DNA of 62,750 bases, filler included, from Sphacelaria rigidula (Eukaryota), in assembly GCA_964200075.2 (NCBI GenBank). It is 10 parts of 10 records of this genome, joined end to end, with 100 filler letters (N's around TTAATTAATTAA, not from the genome) between each part and the next. Parts side by side here need not be neighbours in the genome. Positions count along the whole stretch, not along the records: positions 6,286 to 12,470 come from CAXNAA020021659.1; positions 12,571 to 18,755 come from CAXNAA020021660.1; positions 18,856 to 25,040 come from CAXNAA020021661.1; 7 more parts are not named here. The stretch is one strand, 5' to 3'. Position numbers and translations under genes: made by a program. Below are positions 12,346-23,588 of the stretch, one piece after another. The notes under the pieces are model-generated. The model searched no databases. It saw only the letters and a list, made by a program, of their open reading frames with translations, and was not told the origin of the DNA. The stretch's first letter is position 1. Each line of letters opens with the position of its first letter.

Positions 12346-12570
12346 TGCACTTAGTTTTGCTTCTCCCCTCAGAAGTATCTGATCGCCATTGTTGAAAGCG
12401 TAAGCACGTACGTGAGACACTCTCTACGATAGCCCCCCCCCCCAAAAGTGCATGGTTTTGGGAGGCAAAANNNNNNNNNNNNNNNNNNNNNNNNNNNNNN
12501 NNNNNNNNNNNNNNTTAATTAATTAANNNNNNNNNNNNNNNNNNNNNNNNNNNNNNNNNNNNNNNNNNNN

Positions 12571-12639
<69 letters not shown>
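12571..12639. repeat. (TAA)n microsatellite at contig start
   Basis: Seen directly. Confidence 0.98.
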
Positions 12640-12640
<1 letters not shown>

Positions 12641-13787
12641 CTACGTAAGAATGTAGTGCGCCACAGCACAGTCCAGTGATGAGCAGCAGTCGCAGCCGCC
12701 TGCACCATGGTGCCATCTGAAGAGCCTTGTGCCGGGTCCTCCCTACGACGACCAGCCAAGGCGATAGCAAGCGTATCTTGCACAACCGAATATGCATGAA
12801 AGCGTCCCATGGTGGTTGTTCCTGTATTGGTCATGGTGTGCTTGTTGTGTGATTCGTTGATGTGTCGGTGATGCATGCAGCCAGTATTGGGCGCGGGGCA
12901 CATGCGGTCCTCATGAGTGGGTAAAATCTGCGGTGACCTCGTGCCCCGTTTTGGATCCACTTGTTGCCATCGCGCAAGGCGCACAAAAATACACAGAGAG
13001 ACAAGCACGGCAATGTGGCGGGAATGAGTAGAGGTGGACAAGTGCGCAAGATTCGCCGGAAGGGGTGATTAGATGTTTGTCACCAGTTTGAGAATGCCAC
13101 AGTTGCTCTCGGTGTCTCCACTCGTCAGGGCATTCGTAGTCAAGAAAAAGCGCGGGATGACTCATTTCAACGCTGAAACTCACTTTGCATGTCCAAATGT
13201 TTGATGAGTTTGATTCCTGAGAGGTGTGAACGACAGCGCCTTCATTTGCACTAATAATAGGGAAGCTTTCAGGTATAACAGTGGGGGGGGGGAAGGGGAA
13301 GCATTTTCTGACAGTTGCGCAGTTACGCCCGTCCCACATTTTTGTCAATTGCATGACTGAGGATGAAAGAGCAAGTGGGCAGATGAGGGGCGTTGGTGCA
13401 CTTTCCATGTGCACATGCACATAGAGTTTTAGTCAAACTTCGTAAAACCTTAAACAAGCGCAACCGTCAGCTTGGTGTTGCTGGCACCAGCTTGAAGTAC
13501 ATATGCTGTGTCGATCAGACCATTTGTACTCTGTGTTCCGCAGCGACTAGCTGGCGTTGTACGCACCCTGCTGACCACAAAGGTGCATGGTGTCCACTCT
13601 TGCAGCCCAGCTCCAAAACATGCCGTCCTTTAACCCAGACGGTACACAGATGTTCGCTGCGTTGTGCTGATTCCTACAGAAGAGTGGCTCCCGAGTTTTC
13701 GTTACTCCAAATAGTAAACTCCAACCCGTTTTGGCCTCTTTATTGCGTGCTGCCTGTACCCCACGAACAGGCTCCGCAGGAGTAAAA

Positions 13788-16058
13788 ATGACGCCCATTA
13801 AGGGGCGAGTGCGTTGTCATCACGGCGAATGCTCCAAGGTGCCGTCTTATGGTGCTGCAGGCACGAAGAAGGCGGAATATTGCGCTCAACATGCCAGGGA
13901 CGGCATGGTTGATGTGAAATACAGGAAGAGGTGCGCACACGAAGGCTGCTCCAAGGTTCCATGGTATGGGGTGCCGGGAAAGAAAACGGCGAAGTATTGT
14001 GCGCAGCATGCGGCCGACGGAATGGTCAACGTAGTGAGGAAGAGATGTGTCCATGAGGGATGCCTCAAGCATCCGTCTTTCGGGGTGGCGGGCTCCACGA
14101 AGGCGAAATACTGCGCAACTCACGCCAAAAAGGGTATGGTTTGTGTGAGGACATGGCACAAATGCGCTCACGTGGGCTGCTGTAAGCACCCCTTGTATGG
14201 GGCGGAGGGCACGAGGAAGAAGGAGTTCTGTAAGCAGCACGCGAATTTTGCAGCCCGGACGATGATTCCGGCGTATAAAAGGTGCTCCCACGAGGGCTGT
14301 TCCAAGAGGCCGTCGTACGGGGTGGCAGGCTCCAGAAAAGCAGAGTACTGCGCGCAGCATGCCGACGAGGGCATGGTGAACGTGAGGTCTGTGGACAGGT
14401 GTTCGCACGAGGGCTGTCCCAAGGTGCCGTCGTATGGTGTTGCGGGCACGAAGAAGGCGGAATATTGCGCTGAACACGTTAGGGACGGCATGGTTCGTGT
14501 GAAGCCACACAAAAGCTGCGCACACGAGAGCTGCTCCAAGTTCCCATCGTATGGGGTGCCGGGCACGAGAACGGCGGAGTACTGTGTGCAGCACGCGATG
14601 GACGGTATGATCAACGTACTGAGAAAGACATGTGTCCACAAGGGATGTACCAAGCACCCGTCATTTGGGGTGGCGGGCTCCAGGAGGGCAGAACTCTGCG
14701 CTGAGCACGCCAACAAGGGCATGGTTCGTGTGAGGACCAAGCAAAGGGGCTCGTATGAGGGCTGCTCCGAGGTGTCGTCGTACGGGGCGGAGGGCACGAG
14801 AAAGGGGTTCTGTAGACATCACGCCGCCGCTGCAGTCGGAGCGATTCCGGCGCATCAAAAGTGCTCCTACGAGGGCTGCTCCAAGTGGCCCGCGTACGGG
14901 GTGGCAGGCTTCAGAAAAGCTGAGTACTGCGCGCAGCATGCCGACGAGGGCATGATATGCGTGAGGTCCCCTCGCGAGTGCTCGCACGAGGGCTGTTCCA
15001 AGGGGCCGTGGTACGGGGTGGCAGGCTCCAGAATAGCTGAGTACTGCGCGCAACATGCCGACGAGGGCATGATATGCGTGCGACCCCTGCGCGAGTGCTC
15101 TACCGAGGGCTGTTCCAAGGTGCCGTCGCATGGTATTGCAGGCACGAGGAAGGCGGAATATTGCGCTCAACACGCCAGGGACGACATGGTTAATGTGAAA
15201 AACAGGAAGAGGTGCGCACACGAAAGCTGCTGCAAGCGACCATCGTATGGGGTGCCGGGCACGAGAACCGCGGAGTACTGTGCCCAGCACGCAGCGGATG
15301 GGATGATCAATGTTGAGAGAAAGAGATGTGTCCATGAGGGATGCACCGAGCACCCGTCTTTTGGGGTGGCAGGCTCCAGGAGGGCGGACCTCTGCGCGAG
15401 GCACGCCAACGAGGGCTTGGTTCATGTGAGGCCGGGTCTCTCGCCTGAGTTAGAGGGCGCAAGAGGAGAGGTTTTCCGTGAGCAACACACCACCGCGCGT
15501 GGCGGGTTGTTAACCGCGATACGAAAAAGGCTCTTCAACGAAGAGTGTTCTGAGGCGCCAGCGTATGGATCGGAGGGCGCGGGAAAACCGAAATTCGGTT
15601 GCCAGAATGCTGAGGATGCAATGGTATATGTGGATAGCAGGAAGTGCTTGCACGAGGGCTCCTCGAAGGTGCCGTCGTATGGAACTGCAGGTACCAGGGA
15701 GACGGAATTTTGCCGGCAACATTCCGGAAAATTGATGGTAGACGTGGGACCCGGTGGGTGTGTCCCCCGTCGCAGCCGATCGAACCCACCTGCTAGTCAT
15801 CTAGAGGTGAAGCCCAATATCAGTTCGCTGGGTGCAGACGATGAGAGCAATAGATACTGTTGCGAGTCGGTCGCGAATCCATTGAAGCGGGCGTGCACCG
15901 CTAGCAGCGGGAGCAATAATTCGAGCGTTCAACGACCCCGCGTTGCTGAAGACGATTGTTCGCGGATTACCGGGCGATCCAGTCTTGGAAATGCTGAGCT
16001 CCACGTGCGACCTCTCGGGGATTCCGCAAAAGTGAAGACCGAAGTATCTGCTTCGTGA
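13788..16058 (+). CDS. EsV-1-7 domain Cys/His-repeat protein, ~756 aa, single coding exon
   Basis: Long uninterrupted ORF from the ATG at 13788. Contains 14 recognisable and 3 degenerate ~38-40-aa repeats, C-x4-C-x-K-x-P-x-(Y/F)-G-x2-G-x6-C-x2-H-x3-GM-x2-V, the EsV-1-7 motif. A Ser-rich tail ends in VKTEVSAS. A possible upstream splice acceptor lies at 13768-13770. Confidence 0.93.
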   Translation: MTPIKGRVRCHHGECSKVPSYGAAGTKKAEYCAQHARDGMVDVKYRKRCAHEGCSKVPWYGVPGKKTAKYCAQHAADGMVNVVRKRCVHEGCLKHPSFGVAGSTKAKYCATHAKKGMVCVRTWHKCAHVGCCKHPLYGAEGTRKKEFCKQHANFAARTMIPAYKRCSHEGCSKRPSYGVAGSRKAEYCAQHADEGMVNVRSVDRCSHEGCPKVPSYGVAGTKKAEYCAEHVRDGMVRVKPHKSCAHESCSKFPSYGVPGTRTAEYCVQHAMDGMINVLRKTCVHKGCTKHPSFGVAGSRRAELCAEHANKGMVRVRTKQRGSYEGCSEVSSYGAEGTRKGFCRHHAAAAVGAIPAHQKCSYEGCSKWPAYGVAGFRKAEYCAQHADEGMICVRSPRECSHEGCSKGPWYGVAGSRIAEYCAQHADEGMICVRPLRECSTEGCSKVPSHGIAGTRKAEYCAQHARDDMVNVKNRKRCAHESCCKRPSYGVPGTRTAEYCAQHAADGMINVERKRCVHEGCTEHPSFGVAGSRRADLCARHANEGLVHVRPGLSPELEGARGEVFREQHTTARGGLLTAIRKRLFNEECSEAPAYGSEGAGKPKFGCQNAEDAMVYVDSRKCLHEGSSKVPSYGTAGTRETEFCRQHSGKLMVDVGPGGCVPRRSRSNPPASHLEVKPNISSLGADDESNRYCCESVANPLKRACTASSGSNNSSVQRPRVAEDDCSRITGRSSLGNAELHVRPLGDSAKVKTEVSAS

Positions 16059-17559
16059 CATTGAGTGTCCGATTCGACTTTCTGCCCTGTTGTATTTTGT
16101 AATTGTTGAGACAAAGGAGCATTGATTTTCGTAGATGCGATGAACTCATGGTGATAGCTTGGCCATGTATGATACCTTTTGACGGCGGGGACGTCGTGTA
16201 GCAATATGTAGTCATTCTTGAATTGTAATTTCCATCATGGTTGAGAAAGATTCGCCTCGTGTGTTGTTGATACCCCACCTGTTCTCCGTCTTGTACATGG
16301 AAACACAAACGATTGAGAAAATGTATGGAGCACCAAATGTTTACTCTCGTTTCATTATTATTCTGTTACAGATATTGCCAGCAGCTGCTCCTAATTTAGG
16401 TGTGTATGAATCCGAGAAAGAAATAAAGTCGATAATCCGCTCTTTGATGTGTCGACCAAAACAGGAGACTTTGGTCGTCGTGTATCGATGTATCGAGACG
16501 TCGTGGCGGGTGGCTTCCGCTTCATGATATTGTTACACAAACTTGTAGCAGGCCATCCTTGATTACCTTTCACAAAGCCATTGAAACGTCCCTCGTTTCT
16601 AGACTGCAGCAAATCAATTCACGGGGGATTGCCGCCGATCGCACTGTGTTTCCGAAAAAGCACCAAGCATTGACCGACGAACCCATGAAGACGAACAATC
16701 AACTAACCAACACCTGGCAAATGCCCATCAGCGAAAAAAGCGCACAACACTGGGACCACCTGCTAGTATAACCCACACGAACTGAAGCCCGCCAATAACA
16801 AAGCAAGATCATGCTGCGCGAATGGATCCGCTTACAGCAAATGATGGGTTGCTCCGAGCACTACTGAGATCTCTGGGAAAGACAACAGGGGAAATAGTGC
16901 GTTGTCTCTCTATTTATTCAATTCAAAGGATACTCACTGGCCAATCATATAAACCACAGACCAAGCACATTAAGTTGCTTATCTTAAGCATCCAAACCAA
17001 ATTGAAGCCACGTGGGTGCTTCATGCCTAAGTAATAATTTATACACGGCACATAGGTCAATGATACAACGGTCATTATGGCCACGCTTGGCCGTTTGAGT
17101 GATTGGTCCAATCTCGAATTGCCCCACCATCCCGCTACGCACCCAATTTACCCCAGTTAGCACAATATCCTACTACTGGTAGTACCCATGCACATGATCT
17201 CGCCTGGGCACACTCGAATAGCCCCCCTGCTCCGGGGCAAGGTCCTGGAAATTCAATATCACGCGGATAATTTTCATAGCTCCTTGCTCACGGCAAGGTC
17301 CTGATTCCCTGAATGCCATACATGAAAATCCAGTGTCACCTAGGCCCCACCCGAAAGCACAAGCCAATATATACTTTGACTCCCGCAGGCCTAATTGACC
17401 TTTTTGGCCACAAAGCAAACTCTGATATACTGTAGCTTAGAATATTTCTTGAATTTATTCACTCCGCGAAAAAATACATTCGACATATTACGGTCGTGGG
17501 CACCTGAACAAATTTTATTAAAGGTTTTTCTCTCGACTGCTCTTCGATAGAGCTCGAAA

Positions 17560-17955
17560 GTGCTACCGTCGGTAGATTTTGGTTGAATTGACAGATCGTC
17601 TTCCTCCCCAGTGGCCAAGTTAGTGTTGGTTGGTTTAGTCGGGCGATTCGAATAGAGATCCCGTTTACCAGGAGGTTGTTCTTGACCATGCAAGACAGCC
17701 TTTCGGCTCTAGTGCAATGAGTATAGGAAATATTAAAAAAAAGAAAAGACAGTACATTTCTTCACGAATACGATCGAGAAATGATCGATCGATCGAAAAT
17801 ACCAAAGAGTCCGAATCTGAGCTGAAACATGCGAGAACCCCTGATGACCGGTCAGCTCGTCGGCGTCTGAATATTGAGCATGGGAAAAACAAAATTGTTA
17901 GAATGTGGAGCAGATACAAGTATTTTCAGATCCCCGATGTGATAGACGGCAGCTA
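17560..17955. mobile_element. ~400-bp non-coding dispersed repeat
   Basis: Colinear homology with ~57060-57410 (agatcgtcttcc..ccagtg, ttttcggctctag.gca, gatgaccggtcagc, ggagc.gataca..ta..ttcagatcc). Confidence 0.75.
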
Positions 17956-19989
17956 GCGAAAGAGCCTACAGTACAACTACAATGTAACATCGATCTTCGT
18001 AGCACACGATGGACTCGCGGCAACAGCTGTGTTGTGTACCATACTGCGAAACAGACGGCAAGGATTCCGTGATTGGTCGATTTGTGCTAACGATGGAGCT
18101 GATGGGTTGTAACTACTCTTGCGCGGAATGCTCTGACCCTAGAAGCGTGCTCAGGTGTTACTACAGCCCAAACGATCGTGAAATCATAGACCACTTGTGT
18201 CAAGCAGGGTGAAATCATAGACCATGATGATGGTGTCGAACTGTATAGCTGACACGGGGTTTTGCATATCGCGGATGAAGTTTATGTTGAGGATGAACCT
18301 TGGGAACCTTCATGAAACCGAAATATGTTCGGATTGGAGATGCAAATGCACCCCCGGCCATGATGTTTGGCCTCGCTCATCCTCACAAGACACCATCGGC
18401 AGTGGATAAAATCCCGGCTTTATTCCGAACAATTTCGACCTCCGTTCATTCCCGCAGGAAACTACCGGTGTTATTTGTCAAAACCTCCTCAGATTTTGCG
18501 CATTGGAGATGAATGACGAGGTTTAGGATGGGCGAGGCTACGCATCACGACCGGATAGTGTACTTGTATCTTATCTTCGAGGATAGTTTGATGCTTTTGA
18601 ACGTTTCAAGGTTCGTCTGAAGAACACTCCATCCGCAATTTGTAAAATCCTGGGTTCGCTGATAACCGTGGATCCTAGAAAATGGGGTTCATCTACAAAA
18701 TGAGGTTGAAGTGACGTTTTTCTTCTGCAGGGATGCCGCGAAGTACTGACGTCCGNNNNNNNNNNNNNNNNNNNNNNNNNNNNNNNNNNNNNNNNNNNNT
18801 TAATTAATTAANNNNNNNNNNNNNNNNNNNNNNNNNNNNNNNNNNNNNNNNNNNNTTACAGTAGAACTTGGGTGCTCTTCAATACAATATCTCAAACCAT
18901 TATCCTGTGCCTGAGCCAAGGAATAGTCTCTACTTGAAGCCCAGAGCCGCCGGCTTCTCCCCGTCTTTAATTCAATGTAGCTGCTCATAAACGCCAGCGT
19001 CGGTGTCAGCTGGCCTGATTCATGCTCTCCATCTACTCCAAGGTCGCTGGATACACCATGTCACCTGCCTTGTCAACTTCTCATCCGTGGGCTGTCTCAT
19101 CGGCTCGTCATGAAGATCTACAACGGAACCCTCATCGCTGGTAGCACGGATCAACGCACGAAGGTCACCCGCGCCGGCATCCCAGCTACAACAGCTACAG
19201 TACACTAGGATAAGTATACAGGTATACAGGGCAGCGCAGCAGTACAACGAAAAGTGTACCGTCTGTAGCTGGCTTCCTCCTGTAGGGAGCCCCGGTAGCT
19301 GTTTCGTGTACCGTTGTGGTACACGAATGAAAAGTCAGTATCTTGCGGTTATTGTCCCTGCTGCTTCATGTCCCCCATGCCCGTGTTGTCGACTCGAGTA
19401 AAGTCAATTTCACTCAAGTGTGGTTTGAGTTGCAGTCAGCACTGTATTCACGTCAGCTTCGGGGCCACCGTTTTCGATCAGTTGATCATATTCTCTTGTG
19501 TCGTCGTGTAACATCCTCTGACGGTCACGTTAGATACATTCCGTCAACCTCGGAGTCGAAAAACAGTTGTCATATCCCCGGTTGCAGAGTTGGTAGTCAG
19601 ATGGAACGCTAGATGCCGTGAATCTCGTCTTTCACCCGTATCACGTCAGTGTGTGTACTTGTTCCATACGTGTCACGGTGTAATTGTACCGACAGTTTGC
19701 TCCGGTGCTGTAATGAATCTTACCGAAAAGCCACGTCACCCTGTCACACCTAACTCGTCTCATGTGTCGTCTGTCGCCAAAGTCACACCAGCTGTTCCGT
19801 ACCGTCTACCTCGGAAAAGGTCAAAAATTGGTAGTGCAGCTCCGTCCGTCACGCCCGTGCATGACACCCTCGATCGGCCGCCGTTCGCGCCCGATCTAGT
19901 CAGAAACGATGATATGCACACACTTTGGTACACCTCCTCGCTAAGTGCACAGCGTGGGCCGTTGTCACTTGCTTTTCCTCGAGACGCGT

Positions 19990-22920
19990 TCGCATCTCAG
20001 CATCGGTTAATCCAGTTCAGGTTGAAGGCATTACCGTAGACATCGCAACTGATTGTTCAGGTTGTTCTGCCGCATGGTTGAAGTCACATCCCATGCTGCA
20101 GAAATTGCCGGCGTCGCCCGTACCCCCGGCAGCAATTTCGCTCCATGCAGCAAACGGCTCGCCGATCAATGTCCTTGGGTTCATGGCGTTTTCATTAACC
20201 TTGAAGCACTGGTTGTTCCTCCGTCACGTCCTGATACCCTACTTCTCGACAACAACTGCATGCCAAAATTCGGCGCCACCCTGGACTGGTCAAACCAAAC
20301 TCTCTCTTGTTCAAAGGGAAATGAAACTATTCCGGCAGTACACCGTAGTCAACAGTCAGTCCCGTCTTCAAGTATAACACAGTCCACTCTAGCAGTAGTA
20401 CATGTTGATGCTCCACAAGTATCTGTCACCTCGTTAGAAGGTGTTACTGCCGAACCTCTTCACGAATCACTCCTTCTAGCGTTTACAGGCTGTCGTCCCC
20501 TTCGTAACTGTACCGTCGTTGTGGAACCTCGTTTAGTGACAGCAGATGAAATGTCTGGAGTGGACCGTCTCGTCGTCTTTGAGTCATTGATAGTTGCACG
20601 TATCGTGTCCCACTGGTCAGTAGTAGATGGTTCTGTCGTAGTGCAAGTTGCAAACACATCGTCTGAAGCCGTGTCCTCACCTATAGGCTTGGTTCTTGGA
20701 ACGATGTACACCGTCACTGTTGTCGATCCTGCTCAACTGCACGTAAAATCAGTAGCCAAAAGCCCGTCCACTACCGTCGAGTTGCGAAAAGCTAAGGGTG
20801 ATCTCCAAGAACCCTTACGCTCTCTTTCAATGATTCTACCTTCACAGTAGAACAGCAGAACAGTGTTCGTGATTTGTGTGCTGAATTTCGGCCAGTGTCT
20901 ATATTGTCTATGCACGAGCTTGATACTTGCACCGTACGCTTTACCCGTCTCCGACAATACTATTCCAGTTGACAAACACCCGTACCGTTCCAACCCCCGT
21001 ACAGCCGAAGCCATCGAGAATTGTGTCAGGGATATGCTCGAATGGAAAATCATTAAAGAGCGCCCCAGCGCTTGGGGTTCCCCGTCATGTATCGTCGCAA
21101 AAAAAGTGGTTCACCGAGATTTTGCGTAGATTATCGTCGCACTCTCAACAAGTATCAAATCCGTAAATCTTGGCCCTTGCCCAATATGGATACGTGTTTG
21201 GACGTCGTCGGCGGTGCTCGTATCATCGCGGTCGCGGACGTCATGTCGGCTTCCTGGCAACTTCCTGTTGCAGCTGAGGATATAGACAAGACAGCTTTCA
21301 ATACCCCGTCCGGTAAATATGTGTTTCTACGCATGCCGCTTGGTGTCATGTCTGCCCCTTGGTTGTATCAACGTATGATATATGTTGTCTTTGGACATCT
21401 CGGTCCAGACCCTGGTATACTGTGTTACATTGATGATATTTTGTACGTCAGTAACACATTTGACGAACACCTCAAGTCCCTTCGTCTCATGTTTTCTGCA
21501 TTACAAGCAGCAGCTCAAACCGTCCAAAATTTAGTTCGGTCCCAAGAAAGTCACGTGCCTAGGTCACGTCATTACTGCCGAAGGTGTCTCCATCGGTAAA
21601 GATCGCATTAGAACCATCCGCGATCTCGAGCCCCCGAAGTCAATCAAACAACTTCGGTCAGTTCTAGGTATGGTTAATTTTGTCGGGCGTTTTATCAAAG
21701 ACTATGCCGAAATTACCGGTCCCCTCGTCGCTCTCACGCAAAACGGTTGTGAAAAGAAACATAACGTTTTGAAGGCTTGCGGTCGTGAACAGTCTGCAGC
21801 TTTTGACCACATCAGGCGTGTGCTGATCGCTGCACCAGCCTTGAAATTTCTGTACTTCACAAAAGAGTTCGTCGTACACACAGACGCCTCAGAGGTAGCT
21901 CTGGGTGCTTTTCTTGGTAGCACCACCTCAAACTCTAGGGTCCTCGGTTATGTTAGTATCATCGCGTATTTTAGTTGGCGCCTTTCCAAGTCTCAGCGTC
22001 ACTATAGCCCTACGAACAATGCTGCCGCGTAGTCTCCACGCTCATGCATTTCCGTCCGTATCTCTGGGGTAGACATTACAACGTCTACACGGATCATCAA
22101 GCACTCTGCCATCTTTATCAGATGCCGGGCACCAGTAACATGCTGATCCGTTTGTCGATTCAACTGCAAAGGTTTGATTTTACAGTAAAGCATGTCCGAA
22201 ATGTCGTCCCCGATGCGTTGCATGTCACGTTTGTTTGGCGATACAAACGGTGAGGATGTCGTCACTAAACCTCGCCTTGCGGCAATTTTTCGGAATGTCC
22301 CCGACGATCAAGCGTATCATTCACCGTCACCCGGTGAGTTCGAGGTTTCAGCTCACAATCTGAGTAACATCGCCCCGGTCGAGAGTGATCGCGACTTACT
22401 CGCGAATCTGTGTCAGTGTTCCCCCTTGTTGATGCCGACCAGTTCACCACCCAACAGGAAACAAAGTACAGTCAATATTCTGCATCAGAGTCTAGTCCAC
22501 TCCAGCGTAAAGAAACCAAGTACACGATGAATCATTTCTTCCTTCTGGAAGGACTGCTTTTCAGGTCATACCTACCGGGTGATTTGCGTGAACGATTGGA
22601 TTTTCGCGATAAGTTGGTAGTCCGCAGCGCATTTCGGTCGTTATTCATTAATGCGTGTAATGATTTACCCGCGTCAGGTGGTCATTTGGCCTTCAAAGCC
22701 ACTTTTGACCGGATTAAAGACCGCTAATGGTGGCCCTATATCCATACCGATGTTCAACGGCATATTGGCCATTGTCAGTATTGTCGACACCGTAAAACGT
22801 CTCGCCGCACACCTCAGCTCCCCATGGGACACCGGGAAGTTACCCGCGTCTTTCAGTGTGTAGCAGTAGACATTGTCGAGTATAAGACCCTCTCTCGAGG
22901 TAACCATTACATTTTGTCTG
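19990..22920 (+). mobile_element. Decayed Ty3/Gypsy LTR-retrotransposon pol (PR-RT-RNase H-integrase N-terminus)
   Basis: Protease remnant LHAANGSPINVLG...LLLDNN. RT motifs HPYR, SAWGSP, RFCVDYR, KTAF.TP.GKY.F.RMP.G and YIDDIL. RNase H VHTDAS...IAYFS.RLSKSQRHYS and VYTDHQAL. Integrase zinc-finger remnant GGHL...C..C followed by VAVDIV. Domain order is Gypsy-type. Many frameshifts and stops. Confidence 0.95.
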
Positions 22921-23588
22921 CGTTACAGCGGATACCGACTGTGTATGTAGAAGGCTTTTCGAAGTACGCGTGGCAAGTGCAGTAGGTCTTATTCCATTCG
23001 CATGTTGGTGTTGTTTTCCAATTTGGCATCCTTGACCTAGGCCCTCGCCCCTCACCACTTTCCACCACCTACCAACTTCCGTTCTATATAACCAATAGCC
23101 AATCCTAGTAACAAAGCTATCAGCCACCACTTGGAGACATCTCGCTTGCAAGCAAGTCAAGAGCACCTCTCTGCACGTGAAAGGGAGTCCCTGCTTGGCC
23201 TTATGATGCAGTGCTGGTCGAACTCAAGTTTTTGCTAGTCACGAGCTCGAGAGTCACTCCCCTCGACTGCGATTGTTCGTTGGGGCCAGCCGCCGGCTTG
23301 GTGCCACCCCTGGCGTGATATGTTCCTTGCGAGTGATACCAGTATCACCTCGTGGCCAGACCACGACATGGTGCCCAATCGAGAGTATAAGCAGTACTGC
23401 ATAGTCGCATCGCTGTAGAGCTGCGATGTTTCGCGTTGTGTCTGCATACGGTGTAGTGCAAGAATCGTGCTTTCTGTTTAGCTTGGGGTCCTCTAAGCAC
23501 CGATCACGTGTTTTTTAGGTGCCAAACATTTACATGACTGTTAGTTTCTCGAAGAAACCATCGAGCTGGATAGAACAGAGCTGTAACA
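22921..23588. mobile_element. Candidate LTR (~668 bp) abutting the truncated integrase
   Basis: Termini cGTTACAGC...GCTGTAACA form a 9-bp inverted repeat with one mismatch. Internal TATATAA near 23086. Pol similarity ends here. Confidence 0.5.

Noticed and set aside
13740..15800. Long antisense ORFs over the EsV-1-7 gene
   Set aside because: Shadow frames of a GC-rich repetitive CDS.
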